This document shows positions 9,104-17,455 of a DNA stretch of 33,020 nucleotides, piece by piece. This DNA comes from Deltaproteobacteria bacterium (GTDB lineage Bacteria > Desulfobacterota > Binatia > DP-6), in NCBI GenBank assembly GCA_005879205.1, contig VBLD01000086.1, forward strand, positions 1 through 33,020. Direction: 5' to 3'. The notes under the pieces are model-generated. The model saw only the letters and a program-made list of their open reading frames with translations. It was not told the origin of the DNA and did no database searches. The position numbers and the translations under genes were made by a program. Every line of letters starts with the position of its first letter. The first letter of the stretch is position 1.

Positions 9104-9895
9104 TCAGCGGCCGGTGAAGCGGGGCGGCCGGCGCTCCATGGCGGCGCGCGCGCCTTCCCGCACGTCGTCGGTGCGAACGAGGATGCTCTGGGCGAGCAGC
9201 TCCATCTGCAGGAAGGTCTGTTTGTCGACGCCGTGGCCGAGGTCGATGAGCCGCTTGGCGAGGCCGACGGCGAGCGGCGCGTTGGCGGCGATCTCGTTCG
9301 CGAGACGTGCCGCCGCGGCCAGGTGGTCGCCGGGAGGCACCACCTGGTTCACGAGCCCGATGGCGCCGGCCTCGGACGCCGGGATCATGCGGCCCGTCAT
9401 GATGAGCTCCTTCGCCTTCGCGTAGCCGACGGTGCGGACGAGCCGCGTCGTCCCTCCCACGTCGGGCACGAGGCCGAGCCGCACCTCGGGCAGCCCGAGC
9501 TCGCAGTCGCTGGTCGCGACGCGCAGGTCGAAGGCGAGCGCCAGCTCGAGCCCTAGCCCCGGCACGTAGCGATGGAGCGCCCCGATGACCGGCTTCTCGA
9601 TCGCCTCGAGCCGCGAGAGCGCCGCCTGCATCTCGCCGACGTGCGTGCGGAACGGCGCACGCGACTCGCCCTCGACGTCGCCGGCCAGCATGCCGAAGTC
9701 GACGCCGGCCGAGAAGACGGGCCCTTCGCCGTACACGATCACGGCGCGGACCTCGCGATCGCGCTCCGCCGCGGCCACCGCGTCGACCAAGGCGAGGAGC
9801 AGCTCCCGATGGATGGCGTTTCGTTTCTCGGGCCGGTTGAGCCCGACGTAGAACAGCGCGTCCTCGCGGCGGGTGACGACGAGGGGGGTGGTCAT
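9104..9895 (-). CDS. Enoyl-CoA hydratase/isomerase family protein
   Basis: LNRPEKRNA, FSAGVD, GLGLELALAFD, LPEVRLGLVPDVGGT, EG-x2-A-x2-ERRPPRF. Confidence 0.95.
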   Translation of the reverse strand: MTTPLVVTRREDALFYVGLNRPEKRNAIHRELLLALVDAVAAAERDREVRAVIVYGEGPVFSAGVDFGMLAGDVEGESRAPFRTHVGEMQAALSRLEAIEKPVIGALHRYVPGLGLELALAFDLRVATSDCELGLPEVRLGLVPDVGGTTRLVRTVGYAKAKELIMTGRMIPASEAGAIGLVNQVVPPGDHLAAAARLANEIAANAPLAVGLAKRLIDLGHGVDKQTFLQMELLAQSILVRTDDVREGARAAMERRPPRFTGR

Positions 9896-9974
9896 GACGG
9901 GTGATTATCCCGCGCGGGGGGCTGCCCGCAATCCTTCACGCGCGCGGATACGATTGCTATAAGCAGCGCCCCAT

Positions 9975-11243
9975 ATGCATCGTCTCGCGCTCGTCACCTC
10001 CTTGGGCATCATTTTGCTCGCCGCCCGGCCGGCGGCGGGCGACACGATGCTCTACGCCACCGCCGCAACTGTCGGCCGGGTGGACGGCTTCTGCGTGAAC
10101 CGGGGCGGGGCCCTCACGCCTGGAGCGAGCGTCCACGCCGACACGGGGGTCGACCCCTCATCGCCCGGGGTGCACGATTCGAGCAGCAACCCGCGGCGTC
10201 TCCTGGTCGGCAACGGCGTCCTCTACGTGGGCGAGCACGACCGGGTCGAAGCCTTCAGTATCGGTCCGCACGGCGGGCTCAAGTTCTTGAACCGCACCGC
10301 TCTGATCAGCAGTCCCGCCATGGACGTCATGGACATGGCGCTCAGCCCCGACGGCAAGACGCTCTATGTGGCGCAGAACGGCCCGGACCGGATCGCCGGC
10401 TATTCACTCGACGCCACGGGAGTACCTGCCAGAGACTTCTCGAGCTGCATCCAGGGCCGGGTGAACGTCTCCTACCGCGCGCTCCGCGTCAGCAACTCGT
10501 TGCTCTACGTGAGCGAGCAGCTCACGCCCGGCCGGATCGCCGTCTTCCCGATCGACGCCGGCGGCGGTCTCGGCCCGTGCAGTGCGCAGCGGTCCACGGT
10601 CTGTCAGGGAGGCTCGCGCGCCGGCCAAATGTGCTCCACGGAGGACGCGAACGCCACGACGGGCTGCCCAGGGGCGACCTGCCCCGGCTGCTGCGTGGCA
10701 GCCACGAGACCGATTTCCGAGCGCAGGCGGATCCAGCGACCGCGGCCGTTCGTCATCATGGGAGACCGTCTCTACGTCGACGAGGTCGGCACGGCGCGGA
10801 TCAAGGGCTTCGGCCTGCAGGCCGACGGTCTCTTCTCCCCGCCCACCATGGTGGGAAAGCGGCTGCGCTGGGAGAAGCCGTTCAGCCGCACCGATCCGGT
10901 CCTGGCCTACGTCGACGTCGTCCTCTTCCGTTCTACGCTGCTCGCATCGCAGTTCGAGAAGGGCCGCATCGACGCGTACCGCTTGAAGCCCGACGGCCGG
11001 CTCCCGCACCAGCCGACCAGACGCAGCAACCAGGACGTGCGCACGAGCCCGGTCCGCATGACGGTCAGCGAGGACGGCGTCCTCTACGTCGCGGCCGGGG
11101 AGCTCGACCGGGTAGAGGCGTTCCGGCTGCGGCAGTCGGACGGCCTTCTCGCCTCCGCCACGCCGTTCAGCCAGACGGACGAGCAGACCGGCTCGTTTCC
11201 GAACGATGTCGCACTCGCCATGCTGTCCGGGGACTGCAGGTAG
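9975..11243 (+). CDS. Secreted beta-propeller protein (lactonase/YVTN-like) with Cys-rich insert
   Basis: Signal peptide ending AAG-D, repeated blades (MALSPDGKTLYVAQ, SEDGVLYVA, LLYVSE, DRLYVD), C-terminal SFPNDVAL, and the insert CQGGSRAGQMC...GCPGATCPGCC. Confidence 0.8.
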   Translation: MHRLALVTSLGIILLAARPAAGDTMLYATAATVGRVDGFCVNRGGALTPGASVHADTGVDPSSPGVHDSSSNPRRLLVGNGVLYVGEHDRVEAFSIGPHGGLKFLNRTALISSPAMDVMDMALSPDGKTLYVAQNGPDRIAGYSLDATGVPARDFSSCIQGRVNVSYRALRVSNSLLYVSEQLTPGRIAVFPIDAGGGLGPCSAQRSTVCQGGSRAGQMCSTEDANATTGCPGATCPGCCVAATRPISERRRIQRPRPFVIMGDRLYVDEVGTARIKGFGLQADGLFSPPTMVGKRLRWEKPFSRTDPVLAYVDVVLFRSTLLASQFEKGRIDAYRLKPDGRLPHQPTRRSNQDVRTSPVRMTVSEDGVLYVAAGELDRVEAFRLRQSDGLLASATPFSQTDEQTGSFPNDVALAMLSGDCR

Positions 11244-11302
11244 CGGCAATTCGCGCGAATGCAGTTGCCGGCGCGTACCCGATCCCGTACCCTCCGGGGC
11301 CC

Positions 11303-13589
11303 ATGTCACGGCTCGCGGCGCTCGTTTTCGTCCTCTCGGCAGCCTTGCTGGCGCCCCCGGCCGATGCCCGACGCAACCACCGCAACGACCTGATCCGGGT
11401 CACGTCACCGCCGCTGCGCGGCAGCGCGCCTGCGCACCCCTTCGTCAACGTCATCGTCTTCTTCGACGCCCGGGCCGACCCGCTGACCTTCCGCGCGCGG
11501 ATCGGCCGGAACGACGTCACGAGCCGCTTCGTGGCGATCGCGGGCGCGGACGGCACCCCCGGCAAACAGGGGACGATCGAGGCGTCCCTCCTCCGTCCGG
11601 GACACGCCGTGAACCACCTGCGGCTCGAGGTGCGCTCCGTTCCGATCCCGACCAAAGGACGTCGCACGAAACGGCTGCGAGACGTCGATCGCGTGCGCTT
11701 CCGCGCGGTACAGACGATCGATCAACCACCGGTCGCACAGTTCACCGGACCGGACATCGTCTTCCCGGGAATACCCGTCCAGTTCAGCGCGCGCCCGAGT
11801 TCGGATCCGGATCTCGATCAGATGACCTTCCACTGGGACTTCGGCGACACCACGACGTCCGACGAGCGCGACCCGACGCACGTCTTTCCCGATACCTCCA
11901 CCGACCTGACCGTCCAGCTCACGGTGAGCGACGGGCAGCGGACGGCGAGCAACGCGAAGACGCTCTTCTCGTGTCCGGATCTCGACCCGGGCCGCGCGCC
12001 GGGCACGCTCAAGATCGAGGCCGACGCCCAACTCGAGTTCGGCTCGGTCGCGCCCGGCACGAGCGCCACGCGCACGCTCACCGTCCGCAACCTCTCCACC
12101 GATCCCGCGAGCCAGCTGAAGGGCCGGCTCGAGGTGGGTCCGGTCCTGCCTCCGCCCGCGGCGGATGCGACAATCGCTCACCGTGACCTTCGCCCCCACC
12201 GCCGCCGGTCACCAGGGCGCCCATCTCGTCCTCGTGGCCTGCGCGATCAACCGCCCGGCCGCGCATCTCTGGGCGCACGGCTTCGGCGGCAGCGGGTCCG
12301 GGCCCATCTTCGCCGCCGAGCCATTCTTCTTCGCCGACCTCAGCGGGTCGACCTTCGTCATCCTTCCCGACGGGACGCGCCTCGCGGCCGACAACACGCT
12401 GCAGAGCTGCCAGAACACGACCCGCACGGGGACGTCGGACCTGTGTGCGGCGAACGCCGATTGCGTGACGCCGGGCGAGACCTGCGTGACGACGTCGGCC
12501 TGCGTCGGGGGGGATCGCGGCGGCCAGGTGTGCAACGGCTCGGCCGATTGCCCGAACGGCTTCTGCCGGTCCTCCTCGCTCGGCTCGGACCCCGTCGACA
12601 TCTGCGGTGACGAGAGCGGCGGCCTCTATCTCATGACCGACATCGGCACCTTCACCGACCCGAACGTGAACGCGAGCACGGATCTCAGCACGTCGGTCGT
12701 TCACCTGCAGTTCGATCCGCAGACCGGCGCGCGCACCGGGGCCGACGTCGTCGCCCGCACCACCGACGAGACGACGCAGATCGCCTGCGACGACGTGCCC
12801 GCCCGGCAAGGCGGGCTGGTCTACGTCCCCGAGTCCTTCAACGTGGACTTCCCTGCCACGCCGTGCTCGCGCGACCAGCGCGAGGCGCTCACCGCCTTCT
12901 CGAAGGCGACGGGACAGGCGACCGTCGTCGTCCCCGACATCGCTGCCGCGGCGGGGTACGCGGAGTGCGACGACTTCGACCCGACCTCGGATCTCGAGGT
13001 GGCCCGCGACGGGTCGGCCATCTTCGCGAGCCTGCCGCTCACGATTCGACTGGATTTTTCCTGGTTCGGCGGGCTCTGGCGCATCCGGCCGACGCCGCTG
13101 CCCATCTCGCCCGACATCATCGACTTCTTCCAGCTCCATCCCGACGGCGGCATCGTCTACGTGACCACGAGCGATTCGGTGAGCACGGGATCGCTGAACA
13201 TCTACAAGATCTCTCCGGACCAGGCGGTGGCCGGCGCGCAACGGCTGGCGGAGCTGACGCCGTGCGTGATCCAGATCCCGAACAACTGTGCCCGGATCTC
13301 TCCCGACGGTTCCCGGGCCACCCCGTGCCCCGCCGACCCGAACGACGCCCTGAACCGCGCCGGCACGCAGACGGGGGTCAGCTCGTTCACCGTAGGCCGT
13401 CCGGCGCCCGGCTCCTCCGACGGGGTGCTGCTGGTAAGCTTCGGGACGCGAAACGGCTTCACCGATCTCGGAGCGAATCTCACCATCCGTGGGACGGTGG
13501 CGGTCGCGTTGCCCGCGCAGGGCAACAGCAACTCGTGCACCGTCCTCGGGCTCGTCAACCTCGAATTCCTCGACCCGGTCACGTTCTGA
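11303..13589 (+). pseudogene. Large secreted PKD + Ig-like (choice-of-anchor D/ASH-like) + Cys-rich protein, frameshifted at about 12120-12175
   Basis: ATG 11303 starts a signal peptide (MSRLAALVFVLSAALLAPPADA), followed by PKD motif FHWDFGD...LTVSDG. The Ig domain begins LEFGSVAPGTSATRTLTVRN in one frame and continues LTVTFAPTAAG in the frame of ORF 12165..13589. Confidence 0.75.
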
Positions 13590-13621
13590 TCCGAAGTTCC
13601 GGTCCTATGTAGGCGCGCGCC

Positions 13622-13650
13622 TTGTCGCGACGCGTACCGGCTGCCATCGT
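13622..13650 (+). promoter_or_regulatory. sigma70-type promoter (extended -10), leaderless, for the HTH pair
   Basis: TTGTCG (13622-13627), N17, TG-c-CATCGT (13645-13650), N6, GTG 13657. Confidence 0.45.
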
Positions 13651-13656
13651 CCGGAC

Positions 13657-13905
13657 GTGCCGCGCCATCCCCCGAGAGCGGTGGTGAACCGCCTTCCGGT
13701 GCTGCTCCGAGAACGGGACATCTCCTGGGGCGAGCTCGCGCGGCGTACGCTGCTGCCCCCGCGGCTGCTCGCCCGCCTCCAGGCCTCGGCCGCCAATCCG
13801 CAGCTCGGTGTCGCGTACCGCGTCGCGGCGGCGCTCGGCGTGCCGGTCGAGCAGATCTGGACGCTGTGCCGCCACCCGCCCCGGAGGAGCAAAGCGCGTC
13901 CGTGA
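13657..13905 (+). CDS. Small XRE/Cro-C1 HTH protein 1
   Basis: NRLPVLLRERDISWGELARRT...NPQLGVAYRVAAALGVPVEQIW matches the N-R-L...ELA...P-x-L-x2-A-x2-IA-x2-LG-x2-VE-x-IF XRE pattern. Start is GTG 13657 or 13681. Confidence 0.8.
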   Translation: MPRHPPRAVVNRLPVLLRERDISWGELARRTLLPPRLLARLQASAANPQLGVAYRVAAALGVPVEQIWTLCRHPPRRSKARP

Positions 13906-14120
13906 GGCGCAACAGCCTCTCCGGCGTTCTCGCCGCCCGCGGCTGGACGGATGGCGAGCTGGCATCGCGCGCCGCGCTCGATCGCGCGCACGTGAACCAG
14001 CTGAAGAACGGCCGCGCGCTGCCGACGGTCGCGACGGCTCTCGCCATCGCGGGCGCCCTGGGCATCGCGGTCGAAGCCGTCTTTCCCCCCGCATCGGTGC
14101 GGCGCCGGCGACGGCGCTAG
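13902..14120 (+). CDS. Small XRE/Cro-C1 HTH protein 2
   Basis: NSLSGVLAARGWTDGELASRAALDRAHVNQLKNGRALPTVATALAIAGALGIAVEAVF. Its GTG overlaps the upstream TGA (GTGA), with GGAGGAG upstream. Confidence 0.85.
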   Translation: MRRNSLSGVLAARGWTDGELASRAALDRAHVNQLKNGRALPTVATALAIAGALGIAVEAVFPPASVRRRRRR

Positions 14121-14126
14121 CGGCCA

Positions 14127-15035
14127 TCACATCATGTCGCCGTTCATCAGCACGTAGTTCGGCGGCGGGGCGGTGCCGCCGCCGCGTACCATGTACTGGC
14201 AGGCGCGGAAGACGCGGAAACCCGCTCCGGTGAGCCCTTCGACCAGCCGGCGATCGGCTGCGGGGACCAGCGTCCGAACGGTCACGCCCTTGGCGGAGAG
14301 CTCGGCGGCCAGCGCCACGACGAGCGCCAGCACAAGCGCGGGGTCGTCGGCAGACGCCGACCCGAGATAACCGGTGCCCCGGAAGCCGATGCCGAGGGCG
14401 TAGCCGGCGAGTGTCGCGGACGACTCGGCCACGAGCGCGCGGCCGCGCGTCAGATAGAGGTCGATGCTCTGGGGTCGAGGCGCGCCGAAGGCGCGGGCGT
14501 CGCGGGCCACCAGGCGGACCCGGTCGTCGGCCGTCGCCGGACGAACCACGACGGTGCGCGGCGCGCTCGCCGGCGGCAGCGTCGCCCCGGCCGGCAGCTC
14601 GAGGTCGAGAAGCGGCACGACCACCCGGAACCCCGCCCGCAGGTAGAGGCCGAGGGCCTCGGTGTTGAAGCTCTCGTGCACCAGCCGCACCTGGGGAACA
14701 CCGCGTCCGCCGAGCTCGATGGCCCGCTCGAGGAGCCGCCGCCCGATGCCGCGACCCTGGACACGGGGATCGACGGCAATCGGGCCGATGGTGGCGACCG
14801 GGCCGCGGGGGTGGACCCAGGAGAGGCCGACGACTTCACCATCCTCCTCGGCGACGGTTCCGCCGAGCGGGTCGATCGCCAAGAGGTGGCGAATGTAGCC
14901 GCGGCTCTCGGCCGGCGTGCCGATGCCGGGCGACAGGCCGTGCGCGACCGCCACGCGGTAGAAGGCGACGAAGTTGACGTCACCCACGCGCTCGACGTCG
15001 CGCTGCTCGGCGGCCCGCAGCGTGAGGTCGCTCAC
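14127..15035 (-). CDS. GNAT family N-acetyltransferase (two-domain)
   Basis: Acetyl-CoA motif IAVDPRVQGRGIGRRLL and ALGLYLRAGF, plus a second degenerate GNAT domain. GTG start overlaps the upstream TGA. Confidence 0.9.
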   Translation of the reverse strand: MSDLTLRAAEQRDVERVGDVNFVAFYRVAVAHGLSPGIGTPAESRGYIRHLLAIDPLGGTVAEEDGEVVGLSWVHPRGPVATIGPIAVDPRVQGRGIGRRLLERAIELGGRGVPQVRLVHESFNTEALGLYLRAGFRVVVPLLDLELPAGATLPPASAPRTVVVRPATADDRVRLVARDARAFGAPRPQSIDLYLTRGRALVAESSATLAGYALGIGFRGTGYLGSASADDPALVLALVVALAAELSAKGVTVRTLVPAADRRLVEGLTGAGFRVFRACQYMVRGGGTAPPPNYVLMNGDMM

Positions 15036-16519
15036 GGGTGCGCGGCGTGCCGCCCTTCCTCGGGAGGCGGCGGCTCGGGCGTGACGAAGGCGAGCCCGTG
15101 CGGCCGCGCGGGTCCCGTGTCACCGTGCGGCCAGCGGGTGCGGTTGAAGTCGACACCGACCTCGCCGGTCAGCTCGTCGCGGAAGCCCTCGTCGAACCAG
15201 AGGTGCCCGGTCCCCGGATCGAGCCGCACGATGTACACGCGCCGATCGCCGTCGCGCTGGTAGCCCGGCACGTCCATCGTGTAGTCGGCGACAGCCACGC
15301 GGGTCCCGTCGGCCGTCATCGCGAGCCCGCTCGGGCCGCCGGCGCGCGCGCGGTTCGGGTCGTCGGGATCGCGGTCGAAGCGCAGCGCCGCTGCGAGCTT
15401 GGGGTGCCACCGGTCGGCCAGGTCGAGCGCCGCGAGCCGGTTCCGCCCGGTGAGCGCCTCGACGTACCAGCGATCGTCGGGAGTGACCGCGGCGTCGGCA
15501 CCGAGCGCGTCGGCGCCGAAGTCGTAGACCAGCCGGAAAGAAGGCACCGACGTCTGCACCGAATCCGAGGCGTAGAGCGCACCGCCCTGCGCCGTGTTCA
15601 CGTAGACGAGCGGCTCGCGGCGCAGGAAGCGCGCCGTCGCGGGCGCGAGGTTCTCCTCGCCGCGAGCACCGGCCTCGAGGAGAACGGTCTTCAGCAGCTG
15701 GAGGTCCTCGAGTCGCCAGATCTGCACGCTGATGCCCGGCATGGCCTCGCCCCGGGCGAGCGCGGTGTACCCGTGGCCCCGGTTGGTCGTGACCAGGCGG
15801 CCGAGGGGCGGCGCCGCCGCCGCTCCGGCCGGCGCGATGATCAGCCCGCGCGCAGCGGGATCCGCGGCCGGGATCTCGCGCACCGGCCGTCCCTCGGCGC
15901 TGAGCTCGAGGAGACCACCTGCCGCGGTCACCAGCTCGACCGGCTCGCCCCGGTAGCGCGCAGGGTCCACGCAGGTCACGGCGACGCGGCCGTTCGGCAA
16001 CGAGACGAAGTCGTGCGGACCCCAGAGCCGCCGCTGGGGCCCGGCATCGTCGACGGTCACGAGCTTCCCGGCGAGCGGCTGCCGGAGGTCGAACACGAAC
16101 GTGCGGTTGGTGAGCAGCCCCCCGGCAAACAGCCGTCGGTCACCCCGCGGCTCGACGTTCACGTTGTGCGGCTCGTTGCCGCGCGAGCGGACGGGATACG
16201 TGCGCAACACCTTGCCGTAGGTGGCCGACGTCGGATCGGCGTCGAGAATGGCGAGAAAATCGCTGTTGTTCCGATCCGCGTCCCCCGCCCACACCGCGAG
16301 GTAAGGCTCGCCCGTGAACAGCGGCGCCTCACGCCCGCGGCAGCCGAAGACCAGCATGAAGACCGCGACCGCGCCGAGCGCCCGCGCGCCAAGACCACGC
16401 AGCGAAGCCGCGGCCCCAGAAGCCGGGCGAGGCTCCGCCGAGCCCGGCGCGGGGTCCGGGGGCATCGGAAGCGCGCAGCGCGGCGCAGCCGCGCGAGCAC
16501 TGGACGGGCCCCCGGACAC
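15032..16519 (-). CDS. SBP56 / methanethiol-oxidase-like beta-propeller protein, probable lipoprotein
   Basis: YLAVWAGDAD...DFLAILDADPTSATYGKV...GNEPH, C-terminal L-x-FD-x2-FRD...GVDF...WPHG-x-TGPARPHG, and a hydrophobic stretch ending LVFGC. Start is uncertain (GTG 16519 or ATG 16465). Confidence 0.7.
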   Translation of the reverse strand: MSGGPSSARAAAPRCALPMPPDPAPGSAEPRPASGAAASLRGLGARALGAVAVFMLVFGCRGREAPLFTGEPYLAVWAGDADRNNSDFLAILDADPTSATYGKVLRTYPVRSRGNEPHNVNVEPRGDRRLFAGGLLTNRTFVFDLRQPLAGKLVTVDDAGPQRRLWGPHDFVSLPNGRVAVTCVDPARYRGEPVELVTAAGGLLELSAEGRPVREIPAADPAARGLIIAPAGAAAAPPLGRLVTTNRGHGYTALARGEAMPGISVQIWRLEDLQLLKTVLLEAGARGEENLAPATARFLRREPLVYVNTAQGGALYASDSVQTSVPSFRLVYDFGADALGADAAVTPDDRWYVEALTGRNRLAALDLADRWHPKLAAALRFDRDPDDPNRARAGGPSGLAMTADGTRVAVADYTMDVPGYQRDGDRRVYIVRLDPGTGHLWFDEGFRDELTGEVGVDFNRTRWPHGDTGPARPHGLAFVTPEPPPPEEGRHAAHP

Positions 16520-16520
16520 G

Positions 16521-17333
16521 TTAGGTATGGAGCCCGCCGTTCGGACTCACGACCTGCCCGGTGACGAAGCTCGCCTCGTCAGAAGCGAGGAAGACCGCCA
16601 CCGCCGCGATCTCATCGGCCGTCCCGACGCGGCCGAGCGGCGTGCGGAGCGTCGTCATCTGGCGCAGGAAAGGCGGGATGTCGGCCGTCATCGGCGTGTC
16701 GATGAAGCCGGGAGCGATCGCGTTCACCCGGATGTTGCCCGAACCCGCCTCCATCGCCACCGACTTCGTGAAGCCGATGATGCCCGCCTTCGCGGCTCCG
16801 TAGTGAGCGAGGCCCGGGATGCCGGCGAGCCCCGCGACCGACGCCATGTTGACGATCACGCCCGAGTTCTTCTGTTCCATGATGCGCAGGGCGGCTCGCG
16901 TGCAGTAGAAGGTGCCGAACAGATGTATCTCGACCATCCGCCGCCACTCCGCATCGTCCATGCGACTGGTCACGCCGAGCGAGCGGCGCGCGCCGGCGAT
17001 CACCTCGCCCGCGACGCTCAGGAGGTGGCTCTGGAGCGCCGGGGAGAGCTGGCCGATGCCGGCGTTGTTGGAGAGGACGTCGACCGTCCCCCAGTCGGCG
17101 GTGACGCGCGTGAACAGCGCCTCGACCTCCGCGCTGTCCGCGACGTCGGTTCGGTGCGCGCGGGCGGTACCGCCGCCCGCCGCGATCGTCCGCGCCACCT
17201 GCTCGGCACCCTCCCCGTTCAGGTCGACCACCGCGACGCGAGCGCCCTCGCCGGCGAACCGCTCGGCGATCGCGCGCCCGATGCCGGAGGCACCGCCCGT
17301 GACCACCGCCACCCGTCCCCTGAGCCTGTCCAT
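16521..17333 (-). CDS. Short-chain dehydrogenase/reductase (FabG-like)
   Basis: TGGASGIG, NNAG, S...YGAAK, PGFIDTPM; ATG 17333 with AGAGGAG RBS. Confidence 0.95.
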   Translation of the reverse strand: MDRLRGRVAVVTGGASGIGRAIAERFAGEGARVAVVDLNGEGAEQVARTIAAGGGTARAHRTDVADSAEVEALFTRVTADWGTVDVLSNNAGIGQLSPALQSHLLSVAGEVIAGARRSLGVTSRMDDAEWRRMVEIHLFGTFYCTRAALRIMEQKNSGVIVNMASVAGLAGIPGLAHYGAAKAGIIGFTKSVAMEAGSGNIRVNAIAPGFIDTPMTADIPPFLRQMTTLRTPLGRVGTADEIAAVAVFLASDEASFVTGQVVSPNGGLHT

Positions 17334-17455
17334 GGCAGGCTCCTCTACAAGGGACGGCTCGCCATGTCCACGCCCGGCGGGGCGACTCGCTCCGCTCGGG
17401 CGACCCTGGCGCTCCACTCACTCGCCGGCCACCGCACTGCTTTAGTTAGCTAGAG

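Noticed and set aside
10577-11302. N-terminal extension of the 677-aa ORF
   Set aside because: Out-of-frame overlap with the propeller gene; the real start is the signal-peptide ATG at 11303.
13657-15035. HTH pair plus GNAT as a toxin-antitoxin module
   Set aside because: The GNAT is convergent, two-domain and coupled to a different operon; GNAT toxins are single-domain and co-transcribed with RHH antitoxins.
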